Origin: a bacterium
GTDB taxonomy: Bacteria; UBA9089; JAHJRX01
Direction of reading: 5' to 3'
DNA: 64,000 nt
Assembly: GCA_018830565.1 (NCBI GenBank)
Contig: JAHJRX010000045.1
Location: 10,626-74,625, forward strand
The notes below the pieces were generated by a model. The model searched no databases, was not told the origin of the DNA, and was given only the letters and a program-made list of their open reading frames with translations. Position numbers and translations under genes: made by a program. The stretch's first letter is position 1. Each line of letters begins with the position of its first letter. Below, one piece after another: positions 49,918 through 60,576 of this stretch.

Positions 49918-51177
49918 ATGTTTCACAAAGAAGTCTTAAAAAATGGTTTAAGGATAATTAGCGAAGAAATACCCCATGTGGATTCCATTTCCATTGGTTT
50001 ATGGGTAAATGTAGGTTCATGCCATGAGAGTTCCCAAGAAAATGGTATTTCTCACTTTATTGAGCATATGATGTTTAAAGGAACTGATCAAAGATCTGCT
50101 CGAGAGATAGCCGCTACTATGGATAGAGTAGGAGGAACTTTAGGTGCTTTTACTAGCCGAGAGTGTACTTGTTACTATATTAAGGTTGTTTCTAAATATT
50201 TTTCCTTAGCCATGGATCTTTTATCTGATATGTTCTTTAATTCTCTCTTTGAAAAGAAAGAGATTGGGAGAGAAAAGCACGTCGTTATTGAAGAAATTAA
50301 GATGTATGAAGATACTCCTGATGAGTTAATCCATGATTTATTTGTTCAGACTATTTGGGCTGGACATAGCTTAGGACAACCTATTACTGGAACAAGGGAA
50401 GTAGTGAATGTTTTAACCAAAGAGATGATCTCGGAATTTAAAAATAAGATGTACCAACCTGAAAAAATAGTTATTTCTGTAGCTGGAAACATTAATCATC
50501 AAAGAGTATTTGATGAAACAAGAGAATTATTCGAAAAACTAAAAGGTCTTCCTAATTCCTTAAAAGAAGAGCCACCTAAGGTAAGCTCTTGTCTTTATAG
50601 CCAAAAGAAAGACTACGAGCAAATGCACCTTTGTCTTGGCACCATTGGGCTTCCTTATACTCATGAGGATAGATATGCTCTTTATTTATTAAATAGTATC
50701 TTAGGAGGAGGAATGAGTTCTCGTCTCTTTTACGAGATTAGAGAGAAGAAAGGATTAGCTTATGCCGTTTATTCTTACCAAACCTCCTATGCCTCTTCTG
50801 GAATATTCACTACTTATTTAGGCATTAGTCCTAAAAATTATCATAAAACCGTAAAGATTGTCTTAAATGAATTTTCTAAGATTAAGAACAAGAAGATTAA
50901 GGATTTGGAATTAAATAAAGCTAAAGAAAATCATAAAGGGAGCTTAATCCTTTCTATGGAAGACACTTTTAATCACATGGCTAGAATTGCTAAACAAGAG
51001 CTTTACTTTAATAAACTCTTTACCATAGAGGAAACTATCAAAAAAATCGATCTTGTCAAAATAGAAGATATTCAAAGAGTTGCTTCTTCTATCTTCCAAG
51101 AAAAATACCTATCTATCGCTACTATTGGTCCATTGTCTGAACAAGAATGTAAGGTTGAAATCTCTCTTTCTAATTAA
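49918..51177 (+). CDS. M16-family zinc peptidase (insulinase-like)
   Basis: HxxEH inverted zinc motif HFIEHMMFKGT. Confidence 0.75.
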   Translation: MFHKEVLKNGLRIISEEIPHVDSISIGLWVNVGSCHESSQENGISHFIEHMMFKGTDQRSAREIAATMDRVGGTLGAFTSRECTCYYIKVVSKYFSLAMDLLSDMFFNSLFEKKEIGREKHVVIEEIKMYEDTPDELIHDLFVQTIWAGHSLGQPITGTREVVNVLTKEMISEFKNKMYQPEKIVISVAGNINHQRVFDETRELFEKLKGLPNSLKEEPPKVSSCLYSQKKDYEQMHLCLGTIGLPYTHEDRYALYLLNSILGGGMSSRLFYEIREKKGLAYAVYSYQTSYASSGIFTTYLGISPKNYHKTVKIVLNEFSKIKNKKIKDLELNKAKENHKGSLILSMEDTFNHMARIAKQELYFNKLFTIEETIKKIDLVKIEDIQRVASSIFQEKYLSIATIGPLSEQECKVEISLSN

Positions 51178-51319
51178 TAATCTAATAATCTACATTTTTA
51201 AGGTGAAATACCTTAAAGAAACCCAAGGAATAATGAAATGTTATGGCCAGTCCTAGTTGAAGTAATTCTCAAAAGAAATTTCTTTGCTTTGCTCAAAATG
51301 ACATTTTAGGAGTATTCAA

Positions 51320-53023
51320 ATGAATCCGCACTTAAAAAATAAGTATAATCAAAAAAAGTCTGCTGATGAATATAAAATATATGTTATTCCCTTAGGGGGA
51401 TGTGGTGAAATTGGCAAAAATATGACGATCATCGAAAGCAAAGATGATCTTATTGTGATTGATGCAGGGCTGATGTTTCCAAAAGAGGAAATGTTAGGTA
51501 TTGATTTAATTATTCCTGACATCAGTTACTTAGTAAAGAATAGTTCTAAGATTCGAGCTATTATCTTAACTCATGGACATGAAGATCATATTGGGGCTCT
51601 TCCTTATATTATTTCTCAGATAAATGTTCCTATTTATGGAACCAGATTAACTTTAGGTTTATTAGAAAGTAAATTAGCTGAATTTGAGATCAAAAATTTA
51701 CCTTCATTAATCTGCATTAAACCCAGAGATAAGATAACTTTAGGTTCTTTTCAAGTAAAATTTTTTAGGGTAAGTCATAGCATTGCAGATGGAGTAGGTT
51801 TGGTTATTCTTACCAAGATAGGAAGTATTCTTCATACCGGAGACTTTAAGATCGATCAAACTCCTCTCGATGGAGAATTAATTGATTTTCATACGATTGC
51901 CGAGCATAGCACTCAAGGAATATTGCTGCTTTTATCAGATAGCACTAATGTGGAGAGGCCAGGATATTCACATTCTGAAAAAGAAGTGGGAGGACACCTC
52001 CATAATGCCTTTATAGAAGCTAAAAAAAGAATTATTGTAACCACCTTTGCTTCTAATATTCACCGCCTTAAACAAGTAATTGAATGTGCCATTAATCATC
52101 ATCGGAAGGTAGCTATAATTGGAATGAGTATGTGCAATACCATTGATATGGCTATTAAGTATGGCTATCTTCTTTCTGACCATCAAAAAGCTTTAATTCC
52201 TTTTGAAGATATTAAAAAACAAGCTTCTTCTCATATTGTAGTTCTTACTACCGGAAGTCAAGGAGAACCGTTGGCAGCATTATCACGAATGGCTACCAAT
52301 TCTCATAAACAATTAAAGATTGAAAAAGGAGACACGGTTATCTTTTCAGCCCGAGCTATTCCAGGTCGCGAAAGCAGCATTGCTTCGACAATAAATAATT
52401 TATTTAAATTAGGAGCAGAAGTGATTTATGAAAAAGTTTCAGAAGTTCATGTTTCTGGTCACGCCAGTAGTGAAGAGTTGAAGCTGATGTTAAACTTAGC
52501 TAATCCTAAATTTTTTGTGCCTATTCATGGCGAATATCGTCATCTCATTCATCATGCTAAATTAGCTCATAAAGTAGGAATTCCAGAAAAGAACACCTTT
52601 ATTTTAGAAAATGGAAAGAAATTAGAGCTCACTAAAGATAAAGCTCGGATTATTGGAAGTGTTAATTCAGGCATGGTCTTAGTAGACGGAAAAGGGGTAG
52701 GAGATATAGGTAATGTTGTTTTACGAGACCGTCAACATTTAGCTTCTGATGGGATGGTGGTGGTTTTGATTATCGTTCATAAGCAAAGTAGAAAGTTATT
52801 TTCTCCAATAGAGATTATTTCTCGAGGTTTTGTTTATGCCAAAGAATCAGAAAGCTTACTTTCTAAAGCTAAACAAAAAGCAGAAAAAGTTTTAGAAGAA
52901 TGCCTTTCTCAAAATAGTGATTGGCCCGTTATCAAGAATACTGTTTCTGGAGTTTTAAAGAAGTTTTTTTATGAAGAGATGGAAAGAAGGCCAATGATCC
53001 TTCCTTTAATTGTAGAAATATAA
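51320..53023 (+). CDS. rnj: ribonuclease J
   Basis: MBL-fold HGHEDHIG motif plus beta-CASP and C-terminal domains; 567 aa. Confidence 0.8.
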   Translation: MNPHLKNKYNQKKSADEYKIYVIPLGGCGEIGKNMTIIESKDDLIVIDAGLMFPKEEMLGIDLIIPDISYLVKNSSKIRAIILTHGHEDHIGALPYIISQINVPIYGTRLTLGLLESKLAEFEIKNLPSLICIKPRDKITLGSFQVKFFRVSHSIADGVGLVILTKIGSILHTGDFKIDQTPLDGELIDFHTIAEHSTQGILLLLSDSTNVERPGYSHSEKEVGGHLHNAFIEAKKRIIVTTFASNIHRLKQVIECAINHHRKVAIIGMSMCNTIDMAIKYGYLLSDHQKALIPFEDIKKQASSHIVVLTTGSQGEPLAALSRMATNSHKQLKIEKGDTVIFSARAIPGRESSIASTINNLFKLGAEVIYEKVSEVHVSGHASSEELKLMLNLANPKFFVPIHGEYRHLIHHAKLAHKVGIPEKNTFILENGKKLELTKDKARIIGSVNSGMVLVDGKGVGDIGNVVLRDRQHLASDGMVVVLIIVHKQSRKLFSPIEIISRGFVYAKESESLLSKAKQKAEKVLEECLSQNSDWPVIKNTVSGVLKKFFYEEMERRPMILPLIVEI

Positions 53024-53060
53024 AATTTCTACCTTATAGCACTATATTCTCAAACAACAT

Positions 53061-53120
53061 GGAATCCCCCTTAATCCCCCTTTGATAAAGGGGGAAAGTA
53101 GCAAAGCTGCAGGGGGATTT
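53061..53120. repeat. nested G5/C5 inverted repeats (AATCCCCC x2 ... GGGGG x2) forming alternative GC-rich hairpins
   Basis: Direct inspection; a GC island in the AT-rich spacer between rnj and uppP, with no U-tract. Confidence 0.5.
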
Positions 53121-53313
53121 AAATCGCTTACTTGTTTATTTATTCCTTATCTGATTGGAGTGATAAGTATCTTGTTTTTGGCACGGGACTAGAATCTGTT
53201 TTGTAAAATCTCATAATGAGAATTGCTGTTAATAACTACTATATTGTTGCTTTAAATTAACAACATTCATTAGTTCCATAAAACTTTATTTATTATAGAG
53301 AAATATTTAAGTT

Positions 53314-54114
53314 ATGGAGATAATAAAAGCATTAATTTTAGGCTTAGTTCAAGGTCTGACTGAATTTTTACCTGTCAGTAGCTCGGGACATTTAGTCATC
53401 ATGCAACATTACTTAAATTTTCCTCTTCCTCCGCTATTCTTTGATATTATCCTCCACCTAGGTACTTTAATTTCCGTAGTTTATGTATTTAAAGATGACC
53501 TCTTGGCGATGCTAAAGAGTACTATGAGATATTTTAGAAAGAAAGACTTCATTAATAATGAAATTTGGTTTTTATTGATGATCATCTTAGGAACTATACC
53601 TACCGGAATAATAGGACTTCTTTTTAAGCCTTATTTTGAACGTTTATTTACTTCGGTATTATCAGTAGGTTTTGCTTTAGTGGCTACCGCAGTTATCTTA
53701 TTTTTAGCTGAAATTTTAAATAAACCAGGAAAGAAAGAAAAGATCAACGTGGTCAATGCTCTCTCAATAGGAATAATGCAAGGAGTAGCCATTATTCCAG
53801 GGATATCACGGTCAGGTATTACTATTTCTACCGGGATAATGCAAAATATAAATAGAGAAATAGCCACTAAATACTCATTCTTACTCTCTATACCGGCTAT
53901 TTTAGGAGCAGTAACCTTAGATCTTAGTAGTGCTAATAATATGGAGATCATGTCTAATCATTGGCATCTTTACCTTGGAGGGGGCTTGGTGGCTACTGTT
54001 TCAGGAATATTGGCGATTAAGGTTTTATTATGGATGTTAAGAAGATATAAGCTTTATATTTTTAGTGTTTATTGTTTAATGATAGGGTGGTGGGTTATTT
54101 GGGAAAGTATATAG
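53314..54114 (+). CDS. uppP: undecaprenyl-diphosphatase
   Basis: BacA/UppP motifs (VSSSGHL, GISRSG); 8 TM helices. Confidence 0.8.
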   Translation: MEIIKALILGLVQGLTEFLPVSSSGHLVIMQHYLNFPLPPLFFDIILHLGTLISVVYVFKDDLLAMLKSTMRYFRKKDFINNEIWFLLMIILGTIPTGIIGLLFKPYFERLFTSVLSVGFALVATAVILFLAEILNKPGKKEKINVVNALSIGIMQGVAIIPGISRSGITISTGIMQNINREIATKYSFLLSIPAILGAVTLDLSSANNMEIMSNHWHLYLGGGLVATVSGILAIKVLLWMLRRYKLYIFSVYCLMIGWWVIWESI

Positions 54115-54125
54115 AGAAAAGTTTT

Positions 54126-56354
54126 ATGAAAAATTCCAATGACCAAAATAAAAAATCATCTATTGCTTCTGAAATATCAGGAATTATTTTTATTACTTTA
54201 GCTATCTTGTCTTTAGTTAGCTTACTTGGTTACCACGAAGGTGATCATAAATCTATTAATTGGTTTACCTCAAAACTTGATCAAACAGATCTTAAAAATT
54301 ATGCGGGTATTATAGGAGTTTACTTATCTTCTGGGCTATTTTTTCTCTTTGGCATAGGAGCATTTTTTATTCCTGCGATCTTAGGAATCTTAGGAATTAA
54401 CAAATTTAAAAAGATAAATCCCTGGCCAAAGAGTTATATTATTGGTTTTTTAATTCTTTCTCTATCAATGCCTACTTTTTTAGCTGCTCTTCATAGTTCT
54501 TCTGAAATTTCTGATAAAACTTTCCATCTTTATGGTTTAACAGGGAGTAATCTTTCTGTCATTTTAAAAAGATATTTTGGGGTAGCAGATTACTTATTTA
54601 TTATCTTTTTTATCTTATTGGGAATTATTTTAGCCTTCCGTTTTTCTCTGATTAACTTTTTTAATCTTTTAAAAAAATTTAATCTTTATTTAATTAATAA
54701 TTTAATTAGTAAAGTAAAAAAAAACAGATCCAGAAGGAGATTGGAAAAAAATATAGTCGAAAGCAATTTTAAGCCACTAATAGAAAAGGAAGATAAGAAG
54801 ATCCAAGTAAAACCTAAACCAATTGTAGAACCTATTCAAGAAAATGAAGAAGATTTAAAAGAGTCAAAGCCTTGCCCATCTTTTTTATACCAACTTCCCC
54901 CTCTTTCTTTACTTCAAGATGTTGAGTTCGTAGAGACAGAAGAGAGTAAAGAAGATATTCTTTCCTATGCTCATCAATTAGAAGATACTTTAGCTAATTT
55001 TAATATTGAAGCTAAGGTAGTTCAAGTAAGCAAGGGTCCTGTGGTAACGAGATACGAATTACAACCTTCTTCTGGAACAAAAGTTTCTAGTATTGTTAGC
55101 CTAAGTGATGATATTGCTTTAGCATTAGCGGCTCTTAGTGTGCGAATTGAAGCACCTATTCCCGGTAAACAAGCTATAGGCATAGAGATTCCTAATAAAA
55201 AGAGGAGGTTAGTTTCTTTAAAAGAAATACTTTCTTCTTCGGGATATAAAAATGAAGATTCTTTACTTTCTTTAGCCTTAGGAAAAGATATCTCAGGAGA
55301 AGTAGTGGTTGGCAATTTAGGGAAGATGCCTCATCTTTTAGTGGCTGGAACGACTGGCTCAGGTAAGAGTGTTTGTATTAATTCTGTTATTACCTCTCTT
55401 TTGTACAATGCCTCACCTTCTCAGTTGAAGCTTATCTTAATTGATCCTAAAAGAGTAGAACTTAGTGGCTTTAATGGCATACCTCATTTATTAGTTCCAG
55501 TGGTTACCGATCCTAAGCGAACTTCTCAAGTTCTTTCTTGGTTAGTCACGGAAATGGAAGAAAGGTATGAATTATTAGCATATCATGGAGTTAGAGATAT
55601 AGAATCTTTCAATCAAGATCCTCCAAAACAAATACCAGAAGGCTTAAAGGTCTGCCTTGATTCTTTGGCTGGCGATCAGAAGCTTCCTTGCATTGTAACG
55701 GTGATTGATGAATTAGCTGATCTAATGATGGCTTCTGCAAAATCAGCAAAAGACTGCGAAGAATCAATTACCCGGATTGCTCAGATGGCTCGAGCGGTAG
55801 GAATTCATTTAGTTATTGCTACTCAAAGGCCTACAGTCAATGTCATCACCGGTTTAATAAAAGCTAATTTTCCTTCGAGAATTGCTTTTCAAGTCTCTTC
55901 TAAGATTGATTCTCGAACTATTTTAGATATGAACGGTGCTGAAAAATTATTAGGTCAAGGTGATATGTTATTCTTACCTGGAGGAATACCTAAGCCTATT
56001 CGGATTCAATGTGCCTATCTCTCTAGCCAAGAGTTAGAAGCGGTAGTAAATTTTATTAAAAAACAACCATTCCTTAACTCCCAGCAGGTAAAGATGGAAT
56101 ATGAAATATTTGAGAAAAAAGATAGTAGTAATTTAGATAATCAAGAGGTAGATGACGAACTTTACGAAAAAGCAGTTAACTTGACCATGGAGAGTGATCA
56201 AATTTCTACTTCTATGCTTCAAAGGTATCTTCGGATTGGATATAATCGAGCTGCTCGCTTAGTAGATATGATGGAAGCAGAAGGAATTATTGGGTCAACT
56301 AATGGAAGTAAACCTCGAGAGGTTTTAATTAAAAATCCTTTAGAGAGGGTTTAA
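54126..56354 (+). CDS. ftsK: DNA translocase FtsK
   Basis: N-terminal TM helices, Walker A GTTGSGKS, gamma-domain winged helix at the C-terminus; start set at the ATG at 54126 (the track ORF begins at 54072, overlapping uppP). Confidence 0.8.
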   Translation: MKNSNDQNKKSSIASEISGIIFITLAILSLVSLLGYHEGDHKSINWFTSKLDQTDLKNYAGIIGVYLSSGLFFLFGIGAFFIPAILGILGINKFKKINPWPKSYIIGFLILSLSMPTFLAALHSSSEISDKTFHLYGLTGSNLSVILKRYFGVADYLFIIFFILLGIILAFRFSLINFFNLLKKFNLYLINNLISKVKKNRSRRRLEKNIVESNFKPLIEKEDKKIQVKPKPIVEPIQENEEDLKESKPCPSFLYQLPPLSLLQDVEFVETEESKEDILSYAHQLEDTLANFNIEAKVVQVSKGPVVTRYELQPSSGTKVSSIVSLSDDIALALAALSVRIEAPIPGKQAIGIEIPNKKRRLVSLKEILSSSGYKNEDSLLSLALGKDISGEVVVGNLGKMPHLLVAGTTGSGKSVCINSVITSLLYNASPSQLKLILIDPKRVELSGFNGIPHLLVPVVTDPKRTSQVLSWLVTEMEERYELLAYHGVRDIESFNQDPPKQIPEGLKVCLDSLAGDQKLPCIVTVIDELADLMMASAKSAKDCEESITRIAQMARAVGIHLVIATQRPTVNVITGLIKANFPSRIAFQVSSKIDSRTILDMNGAEKLLGQGDMLFLPGGIPKPIRIQCAYLSSQELEAVVNFIKKQPFLNSQQVKMEYEIFEKKDSSNLDNQEVDDELYEKAVNLTMESDQISTSMLQRYLRIGYNRAARLVDMMEAEGIIGSTNGSKPREVLIKNPLERV

Positions 56355-56357
56355 TTT

Positions 56358-56966
56358 ATGAGTGTAGCTAATATCTTAACTCTTACTAGAGTTTTACTTG
56401 TCCCACCATTCTTATACTTTATTTCCTGTAAGAGTTTCTTTTTTCAAAACGTGGCTTTATTTATCTTTATCTTAGCCGCCGTAACTGACATGTTAGATGG
56501 ATATTTTGCCAGGCGGAATAAGATTATTACTAACTGGGGAAAATTTATGGACCCCTTAGCTGATAAAATATTAATTTCTGCTGCTTTTATCTCATTCGTG
56601 AGTATTCCTTCTTTATATATTCCTGCTTGGATGGTGGTTTTAATTATTAGTAGAGAATTTATTATTACTGGCCTGCGATTAATTGCCAGCAATGAAGGAA
56701 CGGTAGTAGCTGCTTCTATGGAAGGCAAAGTAAAGACTACTTCTCAAATTATAACTATTATTGCCATTTTGCTTCTCCTTACCTTCAAAAGTTATCTTAA
56801 TCAAGATAATATTTATCAAAGTTTAAGTTACGAACCGAGACTTTTTATAGAGTATATTTTTCACTTACTTCCTTACTCTTTAGTTCTCGCCACTACCTTC
56901 TTTACTTTATATTCAGGAGTAAGTTATCTTATTGAGTATAAGGACTTAGTTTGTGATTTAAGATAG
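56358..56966 (+). CDS. pgsA: CDP-diacylglycerol--glycerol-3-phosphate 3-phosphatidyltransferase
   Basis: CDP-alcohol phosphatidyltransferase motif DGYFAR...G...DPLADK. Confidence 0.75.
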   Translation: MSVANILTLTRVLLVPPFLYFISCKSFFFQNVALFIFILAAVTDMLDGYFARRNKIITNWGKFMDPLADKILISAAFISFVSIPSLYIPAWMVVLIISREFIITGLRLIASNEGTVVAASMEGKVKTTSQIITIIAILLLLTFKSYLNQDNIYQSLSYEPRLFIEYIFHLLPYSLVLATTFFTLYSGVSYLIEYKDLVCDLR

Positions 56967-57068
56967 CCAGTCTTTTATTATCTATAAGGACTTATTTTGG
57001 GATTTAAGATAGCCAGTCTTTTATTATCTATAAGGACTTATTTTGGGATTTAAGATAGCCAGATCTTT
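56931..57068 (+). repeat. 46-bp tandem repeat x3 spanning the pgsA stop / pgpA start junction
   Basis: Units at 56931, 56977 and 57023; the third unit carries a 1-nt insertion and substitutions that create the pgpA reading frame. Confidence 0.8.
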
Positions 57069-57522
57069 TATTATCTACTTGGCTTCTTTGTCTTTTGTAG
57101 GATATTTTCCTTTTTTTCCTGGAACACTGGGAACTTTATTAGCTTTGTTGGCTTATCTATATTTATCTAAGGTTACCTTAAGTGTTTTTTGGTATGGTTT
57201 AATCTTAGTTTCATTAATATTGATCGGTGTTCTTATCTGTCATTTAGCGGAAAAATTTTTAAGCGAAAAGGACCCACCCCAAATAATCTTAGATGAATTT
57301 TTAGGATATCTAGTGGCTGTTTTCTTAATTCCCTTTGACCTAAGAAATATAGTTGCTTCTTTCCTTTTGTTTCGATTTTTAGACATAAGTAAACCTTTTT
57401 TTATAAAGAAACTTCAAAATATCTCAGGAGGAATAGGGATCTTAGCTGATGATTTAGCCGCTGGAATAATAACTAATTTAATTCTTCGCCTAAGTCAGTT
57501 ACTTGAGAAATTAATTAAATAA
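57043..57522 (+). CDS. pgpA: phosphatidylglycerophosphatase A
   Basis: PgpA-family motifs (FPGTLGTLLA, DEFLGY); TTG start inside the third repeat unit. Confidence 0.6.
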   Translation: MGFKIARSFIIYLASLSFVGYFPFFPGTLGTLLALLAYLYLSKVTLSVFWYGLILVSLILIGVLICHLAEKFLSEKDPPQIILDEFLGYLVAVFLIPFDLRNIVASFLLFRFLDISKPFFIKKLQNISGGIGILADDLAAGIITNLILRLSQLLEKLIK

Positions 57523-57559
57523 ACTTAATTTTCCGCAGCCGTAATAGGATAACTTATTA

Positions 57560-58144
57560 ATGAGCTTTAATCAATCAAGTTTAAACTTTATCAGAACTTT
57601 TATCGCTATTAATATTGAAGATAAGATAAAAGAGGAGATAAGTAAGATTATAAAAGCCTTAAAGAATGATCAAGATGAAATTAAGTGGATAGAAAAAGAA
57701 TCCTTTCATCTTACTCTTAAATTTTTAGGAAATGTAAGGATCTTCCAAGTGGAAGAAATTTATGAGAAACTTCAAATTATTGCTGGTAGTATTTTACCTT
57801 TTAAGATAAGCTTCTCTAATTTAGACATAATTCTAAATAAAAAGACACCTAAGATTATTTGGGTGGGCATAAAAGAAGGGAGTAAAGAACTAATGGAATT
57901 AACCGAAGAGATAGAAATTTCATTAGCCGACCTGGGTTTTCTTAAAGAAGAAAGAAGATATACTCCTCATCTGACCTTAGGAAGAATCAAAAGAATAAAT
58001 GAGAGAGAGAACTTCATAGAAAAGGCCAAGAAGATAGATCATTTAGAGGCTCATTCTTTTATAGCTAAGAAGATAGGAATTATAAAGAGCACTCTTACCC
58101 CAAAAGGAGCTGTTTATACCCAACTTAAGGAGGTGTTTTTGTAA
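57560..58144 (+). CDS. thpR: RNA 2',3'-cyclic phosphodiesterase (2H family, ThpR/LigT)
   Basis: Two H-x-T-x motifs (HLTLKFLG, HLTLGRIK). Confidence 0.75.
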   Translation: MSFNQSSLNFIRTFIAINIEDKIKEEISKIIKALKNDQDEIKWIEKESFHLTLKFLGNVRIFQVEEIYEKLQIIAGSILPFKISFSNLDIILNKKTPKIIWVGIKEGSKELMELTEEIEISLADLGFLKEERRYTPHLTLGRIKRINERENFIEKAKKIDHLEAHSFIAKKIGIIKSTLTPKGAVYTQLKEVFL

Positions 58145-58145
58145 C

Positions 58146-58188
58146 CGTTCAGCTGTCAGCAGTCAGGCTGAACGCTTCTGTATTTTTA
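58146..58188 (+). terminator. putative rho-independent terminator after thpR
   Basis: Stem CGTTCAG/CTGAACG followed by a T-rich tract. Confidence 0.4.
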
Positions 58189-58394
58189 AGATTTGTAACT
58201 ATTTACCCAAGTGAAGTGCCTTTTCTGTAACTCATTGAAATTCATTTCAAATTTAATTTGCAATGAAGTTTTTTTTAAAGAACACTTCAGTTGAATAGAG
58301 TGTTACTAAGATTTTAATATTGCTGTAACAAAGATTTTAATATTGCTTGACAAAATAATAGTCTATCTTTTAAAATAAAAAAAAAGGAGGATGA

Positions 58395-59453
58395 TTGGTG
58401 GTTTTAACGCAAGAAAGTAAAGAAAAAGCTTTAGATATGGCCATATCTCAAATTGAAAAACAATTTGGGAAAGGTTCAGTCATGCGATTAGGAGATGAAA
58501 GGATAATAAAAGATATCTCTGTAATTCCTACCGGATCTTTATCTTTAGACATTGCTATTGGTGTGGGAGGGATACCCCGAGGCAGGGTAATTGAAATTTA
58601 TGGCCAGGAATCTTCGGGAAAGACCACTTTAACTCTTCATATCATTGCTCAGGCCCAAAAACAAGGGGGCATAGCTGCTTTTATTGATGCAGAGCATGCC
58701 TTAGATCCAACCCATGCTAAAAAGATTGGAGTAGATATAGATAGTTTGTTAATCTCCCAACCTGATACCGGAGAGCAAGCTTTGGAAATTACGGAGACTT
58801 TAGTCAGAAGTGGAGCTATAGATGTGGTGGTCATTGATTCTGTAGCTGCTTTGACACCCAAAGCTGAAATTGAAGGTGAAATGGGAGATAGTCATATGGG
58901 CTTACAAGCTCGTTTAATGTCACAAGCTTTACGTAAATTAACGGCCGTAGTGAGCAAGTCCAATACCGCAGTTATCTTTATTAATCAAATTCGGATGAAG
59001 ATAGGGGTGATGTTTGGTAATCCAGAAACTACTACCGGTGGAAATGCTCTTAAATTTTACTCTTCTTTAAGATTAGACATGCGTACTATAGAATTAATTA
59101 AAGAAGGAGATGTGGTTATTGGTAACCGCGTAAAAGTAAAAGTAGCTAAAAATAAGATTGCTCCTCCTTTTAGGATTGCCGAGTTTGATATGATTTATAA
59201 GAGTGGTATTTCTTATGAAGGAAGTTTAATTGATTTAGCTTTAGAGAATAATTTTGTTCAAAGATCTGGTGCTTGGTTTTCTCTGGGGGACACCCGTTTA
59301 GGCCAAGGGCGAGAAAATGTCAAGAAATATCTCTTTGAGAATAAAGAAATCTGTAATCAATTAGAACAAGAGATTAAAAAGAAGTACCCATTTATTTATC
59401 TTTATTCTGAAAGTCAAGCTCTTAAGGAGTCTTCTAATCGCAAGGAAGATTAG
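58395..59453 (+). CDS. recA: recombinase RecA
   Basis: Walker [10 protein letters not shown]; RecA L1/L2 loops; 352 aa. Confidence 0.95.
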   Translation: MVVLTQESKEKALDMAISQIEKQFGKGSVMRLGDERIIKDISVIPTGSLSLDIAIGVGGIPRGRVIEIYGQESSGKTTLTLHIIAQAQKQGGIAAFIDAEHALDPTHAKKIGVDIDSLLISQPDTGEQALEITETLVRSGAIDVVVIDSVAALTPKAEIEGEMGDSHMGLQARLMSQALRKLTAVVSKSNTAVIFINQIRMKIGVMFGNPETTTGGNALKFYSSLRLDMRTIELIKEGDVVIGNRVKVKVAKNKIAPPFRIAEFDMIYKSGISYEGSLIDLALENNFVQRSGAWFSLGDTRLGQGRENVKKYLFENKEICNQLEQEIKKKYPFIYLYSESQALKESSNRKED

Positions 59454-59514
59454 CTAAGCAAAAGGTAAGAATTTATCTTAGAATTCCTAAATAATTTTAG
59501 AAGTGTAAAAGGTT

Positions 59515-60507
59515 ATGCCCGGAGAAAAAATCTTAATTGTTGACGATGATCTAGAAATAGCTTTGGTCTTGAAAGCAATCTTTGAAAAAGAGAACTTTAG
59601 GCCTTATGCAGTTAATAATGGAAAGGAAGCTGTGGAATTAGCCAGGACATTATTTCCAGATCTAATTATTTTAGATATCCTTATGCCTAAGATTAGTGGT
59701 TATGAGGTATGTAAAAAACTACGGCATGATTTTCATACCAGTCATATTCCCATTATTGTTTTATCCGTTAAAGATCATACTCTTGACAAGATCAAAGGAT
59801 TAAAGATAGGAGCAGATGATTATGTCACTAAACCATTTAGTAGTGAAGAATTAGTAGCTCGGATTAAAGCGGTCTTACGTCGGACTCATTTAGAAAGGGA
59901 TTGTAACCCTTTAACTCAATTACCAGGAAATCTGGCGATTGAACATCAAATTAAGAATAGATTAAACTTAGGATTGCCCTTTGGTTTTATGTATGCAGAT
60001 TTAGATAATTTTAAACCTTTTAATGATTATCATGGATATAGTAGGGGAGATTTAGCCATTAAACTTTTAGCTAATATTATCTTAAGTTCGATAAAAAAGC
60101 ATGGAAATTTGGATGACTTTGTAGGTCATATCGGGGGAGATGATTTTATTATTATTACCCGAAAGATAGAGTCTATCGAGGATATTTGTAAGAATATTAT
60201 CGAGAATTTAAAAGTATCTTCCCTTGATCTCTTTGGCCAAAAAGATCGTCAGCAAGGCTATTTTGAAATACTTGATCGCCGAGGAAATGCTAAAAAGTTT
60301 CCTGCCCGTTTAGACATTACTATTGCTATTACCTCTAACCAATATGCAAGCTTTACTAACTCTTTACAGATTAGTGATACTTTAGCTGAAATAAAGAAGT
60401 ATGGCAAACAAGTAGAAGGAAGTGTTTTCATTATTGATCGCAGGGAAAAAAAGAAAATTACTAAACTTACAGATGTTATAGTACCGATTAATGAAAATTT
60501 GACTTAG
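59515..60507 (+). CDS. response regulator with REC domain plus GGDEF-type domain carrying a GGDDF motif (paralog 1)
   Basis: REC motifs DDD/D53-like/K; GGDEF-domain landmarks NPLTQLPGN, ADLDNFKPFNDYHGYSRGD, GHIGGDDF. Confidence 0.7.
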   Translation: MPGEKILIVDDDLEIALVLKAIFEKENFRPYAVNNGKEAVELARTLFPDLIILDILMPKISGYEVCKKLRHDFHTSHIPIIVLSVKDHTLDKIKGLKIGADDYVTKPFSSEELVARIKAVLRRTHLERDCNPLTQLPGNLAIEHQIKNRLNLGLPFGFMYADLDNFKPFNDYHGYSRGDLAIKLLANIILSSIKKHGNLDDFVGHIGGDDFIIITRKIESIEDICKNIIENLKVSSLDLFGQKDRQQGYFEILDRRGNAKKFPARLDITIAITSNQYASFTNSLQISDTLAEIKKYGKQVEGSVFIIDRREKKKITKLTDVIVPINENLT

Positions 60508-60545
60508 AGCAAATTAGTTTGACTCCAAACGAGTTTATCTTTTAT
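60486..60545 (-). repeat. intergenic repeat element, copy E (reverse orientation), overlapping the last 7 codons of paralog 1
   Basis: Reverse complement matches the core of copies A and C, including the AATTTG-CTCTAAGT-CAAATT hairpin. Confidence 0.75.
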
Positions 60546-60576
60546 TACTTAATATCATTATTCCAAAACAACTACT

